From NCBI GenBank assembly GCA_965248925.1, contig CBDFLE010000005.1, positions 1,216,001-1,280,000 of the forward strand: 64,000 bases of DNA. Direction: 5' to 3'. The position numbers were made by a program, and so were the translations under genes. Each line of letters starts with the position of its first letter. The first letter of the stretch is position 1. Under the pieces are notes generated by a model. It made no database searches, had not been told where the DNA came from, and worked only from the letters and a program-made list of their open reading frames with translations. This document shows, piece by piece, positions 10,967-18,921 of this stretch. Source of the DNA: Candidatus Multivoradales bacterium. Its GTDB lineage: Bacteria > Acidobacteriota > Thermoanaerobaculia > Multivoradales > J023.

Positions 10967-11311
10967 GGAAATGAGCAGCAGATCTCCCTCACCGTCGATC
11001 TACGCTAGTGCCAGCTGGTACGAACCGAGGCCGGCCGCCACGGCGACAACCTGCCCGTCTACCGGACCGGTGTAGACTTCCGCGCCGCCCTCACCCACCT
11101 GCGCATCGAGGCCGCTGTTGGCCTGCGGATTGGCGACCAGTTAGAGATCATCGCTGAAGACACCCGCCTCTACCTGAGCGCCGCTGCCACCGTCACCGCC
11201 CATCAGTCGTCCGCCGAGCAGCCTGGCCCCCAGCCCGACCTCCAGTTCATCGGCCCCGAGCACCAGGCATCCCGAGCCCTCAGACAGTTCATCCGCGGTG
11301 CCATCGAATGA
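10967..11311 (+). pseudogene. Degraded ORF, possibly PilZ-like
   Basis: Frame reads ISLTVDLR*CQLVRTEAGRHGDNLPVYRTGVDF...LQFIGPEHQASRALRQFIRGAIE*, with an in-frame TAG at 11006 and no start codon. Confidence 0.3.
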
Positions 11312-11454
11312 GTCCAATCCAGCAAACTGAGCAGACATCCTCCGCCAGTTTTTCCCCAGGTCCGACCCAGAAAGTTCCCCACTGAGGCCAACAGGGGTTT
11401 TACTCCCCCCTGAGCCTGTAATACCATCTGCCCTCCGCCCCTCGCGGGCCCCAT

Positions 11455-11528
11455 TCCGGGATCGTCTAATGGTAGGACGCCAGCCTTTGGAGCTGGTTAT
11501 CGGGGTTCAAATCCCTGTCCCGGAACCA
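11455..11528 (+). tRNA. tRNA-Gln (anticodon TTG)
   Basis: Acceptor stem TCCGGGA/TCCCGGA, D-loop TAATGGTA, anticodon arm CCAGC-CTTTGGA-GCTGG, T-loop GGTTCAAATCC, encoded CCA. Confidence 0.96.
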
Positions 11529-11530
11529 CC

Positions 11531-11571
11531 GCGCCCTACGCGGTCCTACGCCGCTCCACGCCAGACTACGC
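11531..11571. repeat. Four tandem 10-bp-period repeats (core CTACGC/CCACGC), probable integrase arm-type sites
   Basis: gcgccctacg cggtcctacg ccgctccacg ccagactacg c, immediately 3' of the tRNA. Confidence 0.6.
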
Positions 11572-11730
11572 TAAGTGGTTGACATTGCAGGGTTTGTGCT
11601 CATACTTTGGGTGCATGGTCAACGCTGCATTACGCCCCAATACTCGTTCACTTGGTTGCTCCACGGTTGCTCGAACGCCCTGGGAACCCGATCGTGGGTG
11701 CTCCCTGAGGGCTTTATTGGGAGAGCAACC

Positions 11731-12099
11731 ATGAAGGCCCGGATCAACAAGCGGGCCGTCGACGAGGCCGTCTATCAGGGGCCTGGCGGGTGCTACCTCT
11801 GGGACACCGAGATACCGGCCTTCGGAGTACGGATCTACCCGAGCGGCGCCAAGTCGTTCGTCGTCTGCTATTGGAGCAAGGGTCGGCGGCGCTTCTTCAC
11901 CCTCGGTCGCTATGGACAGATGACCGTCCAGCAAGCTCGCGACGAAGCCCAGCAAGTCTTTGCACAGGTTCGGAAGGGCGAAGATCCTTCAACCAGTCGC
12001 CGAGCGGATCGCCACTTCGACGAGAAAAGTGGAGCTGACATGCCGTCGCGAATTCGGCCGAATAAGTCTCAGCTCGAGGGGAGCGGGAGTTATCGATAA
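11731..12099 (+). pseudogene. Truncated phage/island integrase (arm-DNA-binding domain only)
   Basis: MKARINKRAVD...YLWDTEIPAFGVRIYPSGAKSFVVCY...GRRRFFTLGRYGQMTVQQARDEA...GEDP; similarity ends at about 12015 and there is no catalytic domain. Confidence 0.88.
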
Positions 12100-12128
12100 C
12101 ACTGCTTGCTCCTCGGCGCCCTCCTCCA

Positions 12129-13070
12129 TCAGTGCACCGTGGCTGACCAGCGCATGGTGTCGCCAGATTCGAAGCCGTCCGAGAAGACCGGCCTGCGGTC
12201 GATGGCAATGCTGTTGATGCCCTGAATGCCGGTGATCACAGTGACCACACCACTACCGTCGAGGTTGGCGCGCTGGACCTCTTGGGCCACGTTCTCCGCC
12301 CAGTAGACATGACCGGTCGCAGGCACCACATCGAGGTCGATGAGAAAGACAAGGCCGGTGACCAGATCCTCGACCGCCGAGCCGTCGAGGTTGGCGCGCT
12401 GGATTCGACCGTCCTCGAAGGTCGCGTCTACCCAGTACATCTTGCCGCCGTCCAAATCCAGGTCGATGTCACCAAGGCAGCCGAGGCCGGTGATCACGTC
12501 TTCCACCGCCGAGCCGTCGAGGTTGGCGCGCCGGACGATGCCGTGGCAGAGGGTCCAGTAGATCTTGCCGGCCTCGAGATCGAGCGCGATGCCGTTGCGA
12601 TTACCCTGCTCAACGAGCAGCACGAGGTCCTCGACACTAGTGCCGTCGAGGTTGGCCCTCTTGATCGCGTGGGTGGTAGTTCCAGCAAAAGTCACCCAAT
12701 AGACTTTTCCTGCATCGAGGTCCAAGGCGACATCGACCAGATTGCCGGGCAGCCCGCCGACGACTAACTCCAAGTCGGAACCGTCCAGACCAGCGCGCGC
12801 CACGCGGTGACCGGTCGGCTCCGCCCAGTACATCTTGCCGCCTTCCGGATCCAGCTCAATACCGGCGGGCCACACCAAGCCGGTCACAAGCAGCTCGACA
12901 CCGGATCCGTCGAGATTCGCCCGCTGGATTGTTCGCTCAACCGACGACGTGAAGTAAATCTTCTCTTGACCGCTCGCCGCTGAGGCGACGCAGCCAATGG
13001 CAAGGACGAGCAGCCCGGCAAGGGCCTGCCCCCCCCGGACTGTCTGGAGCGTACTGCAAATCTTGTTCAT
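12129..13070 (-). CDS. Secreted YWTD/LDL-receptor class B repeat beta-propeller with C-terminal VFSDGFESGD tail
   Basis: Six repeats of I.LD...GK.YW.......I.RANLDGS.VE.LV; signal-like segment; start uncertain (13070-13193). Confidence 0.85.
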   Translation of the reverse strand: MNKICSTLQTVRGGQALAGLLVLAIGCVASAASGQEKIYFTSSVERTIQRANLDGSGVELLVTGLVWPAGIELDPEGGKMYWAEPTGHRVARAGLDGSDLELVVGGLPGNLVDVALDLDAGKVYWVTFAGTTTHAIKRANLDGTSVEDLVLLVEQGNRNGIALDLEAGKIYWTLCHGIVRRANLDGSAVEDVITGLGCLGDIDLDLDGGKMYWVDATFEDGRIQRANLDGSAVEDLVTGLVFLIDLDVVPATGHVYWAENVAQEVQRANLDGSGVVTVITGIQGINSIAIDRRPVFSDGFESGDTMRWSATVH

Positions 13071-13463
13071 GGTTGTCTCCGTCATGAAGAAACTTAACGC
13101 TAGTAGTCTCAAACACTTGATCCGCATCGAGTTTTCCTTCTTGAGCCGAGGTTTGGACAAAGCCGTCGTATCAGCCGAGGTTGGCTCCGTCACCTCTTAC
13201 TAGTCGATCGGGAGCGCCATTTCTTACAGAGGTTTTTCTCAAAGGAGCAGTTTCCCCTGGCACGGCGCCTCAGCGAAGCGTTGGGCTTCTCTTTCCAACA
13301 GGCAACTCCCATTTCATGGAACCACCACGCGATCTGTAGCCGCCAAGAGCGCCCTAGCCGGCCCTCTGAGGCCTCTCATCCGCCACCAGAACGAAGATCT
13401 CGGCTCCTCGGCAGGGCTGACCACCAGTCTGACGGGTTTGTCGATTGTGGAGTCGGTCGAGGA

Positions 13464-13745
13464 TCAGGGCAGTTGAAGGGCCTGAGCTGCCCGGCGCTTG
13501 GCTGCTTCGCCGCGGCGGTCGTACCTGACCGTGGTCGAGACATCCGCATGGCCGGCGACCCGCTGCACCGTCGAGAGGTCGACGCCCTTGTTCAGCAGGT
13601 TGGTCAGCACTGTTCGGCGAGCATCGTGGGGCGAGAAGTCATCGACGCCCGCCTGCTTCTGTCGCCGCTGCACAATGTAGCGGATCGACTCCCCGCCCAG
13701 CCGCTTGATCCTGACGACACCCTTCTGATTGATCGGGCAAAAGGT
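13464..13745 (-). pseudogene. 3' fragment of a tyrosine recombinase, paralogous to 15019-16009
   Basis: QRRQKQAGVDDFSPHDARRTVLTNLLNKGVDLSTVQRVAGHADVSTTVRYDRRG, nearly identical to the downstream copy. Confidence 0.88.
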
Positions 13746-13779
13746 CGGTTGTTGCTGGGGATCGAGTTAGACTCAGCTC

Positions 13780-14250
13780 GTGCCGAGCCACCCGACAACT
13801 GATGCAACCGAGGCTAGCGGAGCCGCCGGCCGGCCCGACCCAGGCTGGGCCTTGCTCTTTGCCGCCTGGCTGCTCGCCACCGTCGCCATGGCGGGCAGTC
13901 TCTTCTTCAGCTACGTCATGGGCTTCGCGCCGTGCGTGCTGTGCTGGTACCAGCGGATATTCCTCTTCCCGCTGGTGGTGATCCTGGCGGTCGGCCTCTT
14001 TCCCTACGATCGCGGTGTGGCCAGGTACGGTCTGTCGTTGGCGGTTGCCGGCTGGCTGGTCGCCGCCTACCACAACCTGGTCTACTTCGGCATCGTGCCG
14101 GAGAGTCTGTCGCCATGTATCCAGGGCGTGTCGTGCAAGGAGGAGTATGTGAAGCTGCTGGGATTCCTGTCGATCCCGCTACTGTCCCTCCTCGCCTTCA
14201 CGTCGATCCTCGGCCTTCTGCTGCTGTTGCAAAGGAGATCCCCCGGATGA
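13780..14250 (+). CDS. dsbB: Disulfide bond formation protein, DsbB/BdbC family
   Basis: Four TM segments, GSLFFSYVMGFAPCVLCWYQRIFLFPL, second Cys pair PCIQGVSC, GFLSIP. Confidence 0.92.
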   Translation: MPSHPTTDATEASGAAGRPDPGWALLFAAWLLATVAMAGSLFFSYVMGFAPCVLCWYQRIFLFPLVVILAVGLFPYDRGVARYGLSLAVAGWLVAAYHNLVYFGIVPESLSPCIQGVSCKEEYVKLLGFLSIPLLSLLAFTSILGLLLLLQRRSPG

Positions 14251-14897
14251 AGCGCTCTTTCTTCGCCGTCGCCTGCCTGGTCTTGGTGGGCGGTTTCCTC
14301 TTGGCCGCCCAGCAGTTTCGCCAGCAACGCAGCGAGGCGCTCGGATTTCTATCCCAGGAGCGAGCCGAGACCTTCGTGCGGCCGCATTCGCCACGATACG
14401 GACCAGAGGACGCCAAGGTCTATCTGGTGGAGTTCACCGATCCGGCGTGCGAGACCTGCGCGGCCTTCGGACCGATCCTCAAGCAGCTCATGGCGGACCA
14501 CTCCAACAAGATCCAGTTGGTGATTCGCTACGCGCCGTTTCACGAAGGCGCGACCGACGTGGTGCGCCTGCTGGAAGCGGCCCGCTTGCAGGGCCGGTAC
14601 TGGGAGACGCTCGCCCTGGTCTACCGCAGCCAGTCGGCCTGGACGGAGCACCACCGAGTTCAGGCCGGCAACCTATGGCTGGTCCTGGCGCAGCAGGGCG
14701 ATCTCGACATGGAGCTCCTGCGCAAGGACTTTGAAGACCCGGTGATCCTCGACCTCATCGAGCAGGACCGGACGGACGCGGAGACGCTGGGGGTGCGCAG
14801 GACACCCGGCATCTTCGTCAACGGGCGGCCACTGGAGCCCTTCGGCGTCGAGCGGCTTCGACAGCTGATCGAGGAAGAAGTGGCGGCAGCCTATTGA
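14247..14897 (+). CDS. DsbA/BdbD-family thioredoxin-fold oxidoreductase
   Basis: ATGA overlap with dsbB; N-terminal anchor; EFTDPACETC (CxxC); GVRRTPGIFVNG cis-Pro motif. Confidence 0.92.
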   Translation: MKRSFFAVACLVLVGGFLLAAQQFRQQRSEALGFLSQERAETFVRPHSPRYGPEDAKVYLVEFTDPACETCAAFGPILKQLMADHSNKIQLVIRYAPFHEGATDVVRLLEAARLQGRYWETLALVYRSQSAWTEHHRVQAGNLWLVLAQQGDLDMELLRKDFEDPVILDLIEQDRTDAETLGVRRTPGIFVNGRPLEPFGVERLRQLIEEEVAAAY

Positions 14898-15018
14898 TCG
14901 GTGGTCACGCCCTGGCCCGAGAGAGGCTCTCACCGGCCCCCAGAGCGAGGATCTCGGTCCCCCGGCAAGGGGTGCCCACCGGTCCGGCGGAGCTGTCGAT
15001 TGTGGGGTCGGTCGAGGG

Positions 15019-16009
15019 TCAGGGGATTTGAAGGGCCTGAGCCGCCCGGCGCTTCGCGGCTTCGCCTCGGCGGTCGTACCTGACCGTCGTCGAGACATCG
15101 GCATGGCCAGCGACCCGCTGCACTGTCGAGAGGTCGACGCCCTTGTCCAGCAAGTTCGTGAGCACTGTCCGGCGTGCATCGTGAGGACTGAACTCCGTGA
15201 CCCCAGCCTGCTTCTGCCGCCGCTGCACGATGTATCGGATTGACTCGCCGCCGAGCCGCTTCGCCCGGGTGACACCCTTTTGGTTGATCGGGCAGAACAC
15301 CGGCCCCGGCTCTGCGCCGCGAACCAACAGCCACTCCCGGAGCAGCTCGCAGGCCCGATCGGTGAGGTACACGACTCGTTGGGTCCGCCGCTTGCCGTTC
15401 CGGATCGTCATCGAGCAATCCACAGGATCGAAGTCGCCGATGTCGAGCCCCGCCAGTTCGGCCCGCCGCATGCCGGTCGTGAAGAACACCGCCAGCATCG
15501 CAGCGTCGCGCCGCCCTGCCGGCGACAGATCCTCAGCACAGCACTGGAACAGCGCCACGAGCTCGCCGTCCTCGAGCGCCCGGCCTCGCGGTAGCGCCTG
15601 GCCTCGGACGTTGTCAATATCGACGGCCCGCTGGTATGTCTCGGCGTCCATGAAGCCCAGGCGCCAGGTTGTCTTCATCACGCCTCTGAAACCGGCCAGT
15701 ATCCGGTTGACGGTCCTCGGCGCGTAGCGCTCGACCAAGTAAGGTCCGGACGGCCGCTGCATCGCGGAAACGCACCTCCCACCACGGAAATGTCTCCGCG
15801 GTCCTCTCACCGTCGCTCAGGTACGAGGCGATCGTCTCCAGGGCGTTGATCATGCCCCAGTGCGAGCCGTAAGCCAGGCCGGAGAGGTAGACCTTGGCCG
15901 GATTCTCGCGCGGATCTTTGGCTCTGCTGGCGATCGAGGAGGCCGCGGAATCGGCTGCCGGCGCCGTGGTCTCGGGTCGCGTCGCTTCGACGTGCTGTGT
16001 GCTCTGCAT
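15019..16009 (-). pseudogene. XerC/D-like tyrosine recombinase with a single +1 frameshift near 15737
   Basis: ORFs 15614-16009 and 15019-15810 join as ...AVRTLL/VERYAPRTVNR...; catalytic set TGMRRAE, K, HDARR, AGH, TTVRY is intact. Confidence 0.88.
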
Positions 16010-16305
16010 GGCCCAAGTAGTAAGGCCGACAGCTGGTCTTGGTCAACCAGGACTGCGCGGAGAATCGCAGGGAATCTCGCCGAGAACTTCGCCCTTGGGA
16101 TAGTCGGGATTGGAAGTGCAGAGGATGGGACCGTGGGTTCTGTAGACCGGCCTTAGAGGCCCCAGAACGGCCCTCTAAGACCAGATCTCGGCCCCTGGGC
16201 AGCACCACTACCCGGCTCAGGCTGATCTGACCATGGGGAGGAGGTTGACCAAGAATGGCCAGCAAACAGATTCGGTTTCTTCGCGGCTTCTAGTAACATC
16301 TCAGG

Positions 16306-17187
16306 ATGCGTCCTGGAAAGCAGTTAGAGGAGGTCATTGCGAACCTGGAGAGAGTGCTGACCGCGGAATCCGGAGCCGCAATCGAATCTCCTGGTTACCT
16401 AGAAGATAGGACTACCGGACAGCGAAGGGAGTTCGATGTCCTCGTTCGGAGAAGCCTCGGGCACAACGAGATGATTGTGGCTATCGAATGTCGAGATCGG
16501 TCGCGCAAGATCGGCTCGCCACAAGTTGAGGCGTTCTTGACAAAATGCAGAGATGCCGGAGTCCACCAAGGAGTGATTGTCTCCACTAGCGGCTTCTATA
16601 AGCCCGCGAGGGACAAAGCGACTGCCAAGGGAATCAGATGCCTAGAACTCACCGAAGTGACGAGATTCGATTGGTTCTCTGCAGTCGGGATGCAGACCCG
16701 GCGAAGAAAGCCAACTGCCATTACAGCAACGCTAGAGGCGGTTGGTCTGGACTTGTCTGACCTTGCTGCCGGCTACGCCCTAGAAGATGCATCTGGGCAA
16801 GCTGTCCATATGCAGAGTTTACAGGAAAGGGTTCAAGCCGCTGCTATTGACGGACTACGAAGAACGCCTTGGACATGCGCCCCAGGAGAGACTCCACAGC
16901 CAGCTGAGATTGAACTTCAAGCTCACGGGTTGTCAATAATCCGAGAATCTACTGGCGAACGAACTCCAGTATCAAAGATCACATGCACTATTGAGTTTGA
17001 AGTCTCGAATACGCCACTTCCGACGAAGCTGGTTCGGTATAGGGACATCACCAACAACGAAAAGGCTGCCGAGGGTGTAGTCACAGATTTAGAAAAAGCC
17101 GGGTTCAAGGGAACTGCAATCCTTTTGAAGGACCTAGCAAGCGGCGACGGACCTATTCTCTTCCTGAAGCGCCGAGAGGTCGAGTAG
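16306..17187 (+). CDS. PD-(D/E)XK restriction-endonuclease-like (Mrr-cat type) protein
   Basis: GKQLEEVIA...REFDVLV...VAIECRDRSRKIG..QVEAF...GVIVSTSGF...A; lower GC than the flanks. Confidence 0.78.
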   Translation: MRPGKQLEEVIANLERVLTAESGAAIESPGYLEDRTTGQRREFDVLVRRSLGHNEMIVAIECRDRSRKIGSPQVEAFLTKCRDAGVHQGVIVSTSGFYKPARDKATAKGIRCLELTEVTRFDWFSAVGMQTRRRKPTAITATLEAVGLDLSDLAAGYALEDASGQAVHMQSLQERVQAAAIDGLRRTPWTCAPGETPQPAEIELQAHGLSIIRESTGERTPVSKITCTIEFEVSNTPLPTKLVRYRDITNNEKAAEGVVTDLEKAGFKGTAILLKDLASGDGPILFLKRREVE

Positions 17188-17281
17188 TCGAACCGGCAAC
17201 GACCGGGCTGTACTTCACGGGCCTACGCAAAGAACGACGGGCACGTCACCCGCCGCGAGAAAGTATCACCGTCGAGAGGGG

Positions 17282-17695
17282 TCAGGCCGCAGCGCGGCTC
17301 TTGCGCTTCTTCGCCGGCTTCGGCTCCTCCGCCTCGACCAGCGCCGGCAGCGTGAACCCGATCAAGCCTTCGCCGAAGACCTCGACCTCGAACCGCGTGG
17401 ACTTCTCCGCCGACAGACCGAAGTGCTTGAACGTCCGGCGGCCGTCGACCAGGTAGCTCGCGCTCCCCTGCTGCTCTCGGAGCAGGTAGCGGCCCTTGGC
17501 TCCCTCGGCGCCGGCACGGATTGCCACGGCTCGGGTGTCGACGTCGAAGCCAAGCTGGACGTGGCTCACGCCCTCGCCCAGCAGCTCGACGGCAGCTTTG
17601 GTCAGCACCATCTGGCCGCTGCGGCGGACGGTGATCTCGGGGCCACGGTGCTCGCTGGCGGTGCCTTCGAAGAACTGGAAGTTGGTTGCGGCCAT
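17282..17695 (-). CDS. Hypothetical protein with basic C-terminal tail
   Basis: ATG at 17695 follows AAGGAGAA; strong GC3 codon bias. Confidence 0.7.
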   Translation of the reverse strand: MAATNFQFFEGTASEHRGPEITVRRSGQMVLTKAAVELLGEGVSHVQLGFDVDTRAVAIRAGAEGAKGRYLLREQQGSASYLVDGRRTFKHFGLSAEKSTRFEVEVFGEGLIGFTLPALVEAEEPKPAKKRKSRAAA

Positions 17696-17844
17696 GGTCT
17701 TTCTCCTTTGGTGGGTCATCATCTTGGCCGGCGGCGCCCGATGCGCTTTCGACCTATGCCCCTAGGAGTACAAGTGGCCGCGACGGTGGGTCAACCAGGA
17801 GGGCGCGGTTCTTCGACAACACTGCGAAGCACTGCGCTCGCCGC

Positions 17845-18519
17845 CTACCAAGCTCCCCGCCGCTGCAAGCTCACCCAACGCCCTGCGCCGCCGAGGAAAA
17901 GGTGGTCGACAAGATTCACCCCCACGAACTTGCAGGCCTTGGCCATCTGACCAGTGAAGAGCAGGTCATCGCTCGACGGAGTTGGATCGCCGCTGGGGTG
18001 GGAGTGCCATAAAACAATCCCCGACGCCGACTTCTGCAACGCTGCTCTCAGGATAGGGCGAGGCTCCGCGGCCGCCCTTCGAAGGGTTACAGCGAAGATC
18101 TCCAAATCAGCGATGAGCCGGTGGCGAACATCGAGCAGCAGAGCGCCCATCACCTCTTGATCCGGCCTCAGATACCGGAGGGCCAGGTACTCGGCGACTA
18201 CCTGCGGCTGATCAAGCAACCTACGCTTCTCGGCTCTGAACCGAGCCATGCGGCAGCCAATCTCAAAGGCGGCAGCAAGGGTCGCTGACTTGGCGGGGCC
18301 GACGCCGGGTTGGCTCTTGAGCTGGCCGTTGGCGCTCAGCAGCGATCTTAGGTCGCCATAGTCCTTGAGAAGCGCCTGTGCGACTTCCAGGGCAGACTTG
18401 CCGGCGCCGCCGGTCCGCAGCAGAACGGCGACAAGCTCGGCGTTGGACAACGACTTCGGCCCATGTCGTAAGATACGGCCACGCGGATCCTCATCTCTCG
18501 GCGTCTGTGGCGCGCTCAT
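17845..18519 (-). CDS. radC: RadC/JAB-domain protein (UPF0758)
   Basis: LSNAELVAVLLRTG, HhH GVGPAK, HSHPSGDPTPSSDD...LVDH JAB metal motif. Confidence 0.93.
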   Translation of the reverse strand: MSAPQTPRDEDPRGRILRHGPKSLSNAELVAVLLRTGGAGKSALEVAQALLKDYGDLRSLLSANGQLKSQPGVGPAKSATLAAAFEIGCRMARFRAEKRRLLDQPQVVAEYLALRYLRPDQEVMGALLLDVRHRLIADLEIFAVTLRRAAAEPRPILRAALQKSASGIVLWHSHPSGDPTPSSDDLLFTGQMAKACKFVGVNLVDHLFLGGAGRWVSLQRRGAW

Positions 18520-18734
18520 TGCCGCGAGGTCAGCAGCAGCAAGCAGCCGACGGCATTGCGGAGACCATCGATCTGAGCGGCAGCGATGGCACCGGAGAGA
18601 TCGTTATTGAAGCGAACTGTGGCGGCGATCTTCGAGAGGTCAAGATCCAGCGATAGGAGCCGGAGGGCGATCATCTGAAGCGCGGTTCGCGGGTCTGATG
18701 GGTCCGGGTTAGTGGGCTGCGGGCGGTCCTGCAT
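18516..18734 (-). CDS. Small hypothetical protein coupled to radC
   Basis: 72-aa ORF whose stop overlaps the radC start; GGAG upstream. Confidence 0.5.
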   Translation of the reverse strand: MQDRPQPTNPDPSDPRTALQMIALRLLSLDLDLSKIAATVRFNNDLSGAIAAAQIDGLRNAVGCLLLLTSRQ

Positions 18735-18921
18735 TTCGCTATCTCCGGTGCGGGAAAGCCACGGTGGGCAGCGGCTACTGCTCGCCGGGCTGGGTTGGGG
18801 TGGCAGGGCCTGGTGGGGCCTGCTGACTCGACTGGTGGGAGTGGCTACATGGGAACTGGTCGGAGAGTCAAGAAAGCCCGTTCCAAATTCACTTTATTAA
18901 ATGTAATACAGCAGAATTCCG

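Noticed and set aside
13932-14246. N-terminal extension of the 321-aa DsbA ORF
   Set aside because: Overlaps dsbB out of frame; the ATGA-coupled start at 14247 gives a normal BdbD-like protein
15019-16009. Integron integrase with attC cassettes
   Set aside because: No IntI-specific insertion is evident before the HxxR motif, and no RYYYAAC...GTTRRRY attC structures were noticed
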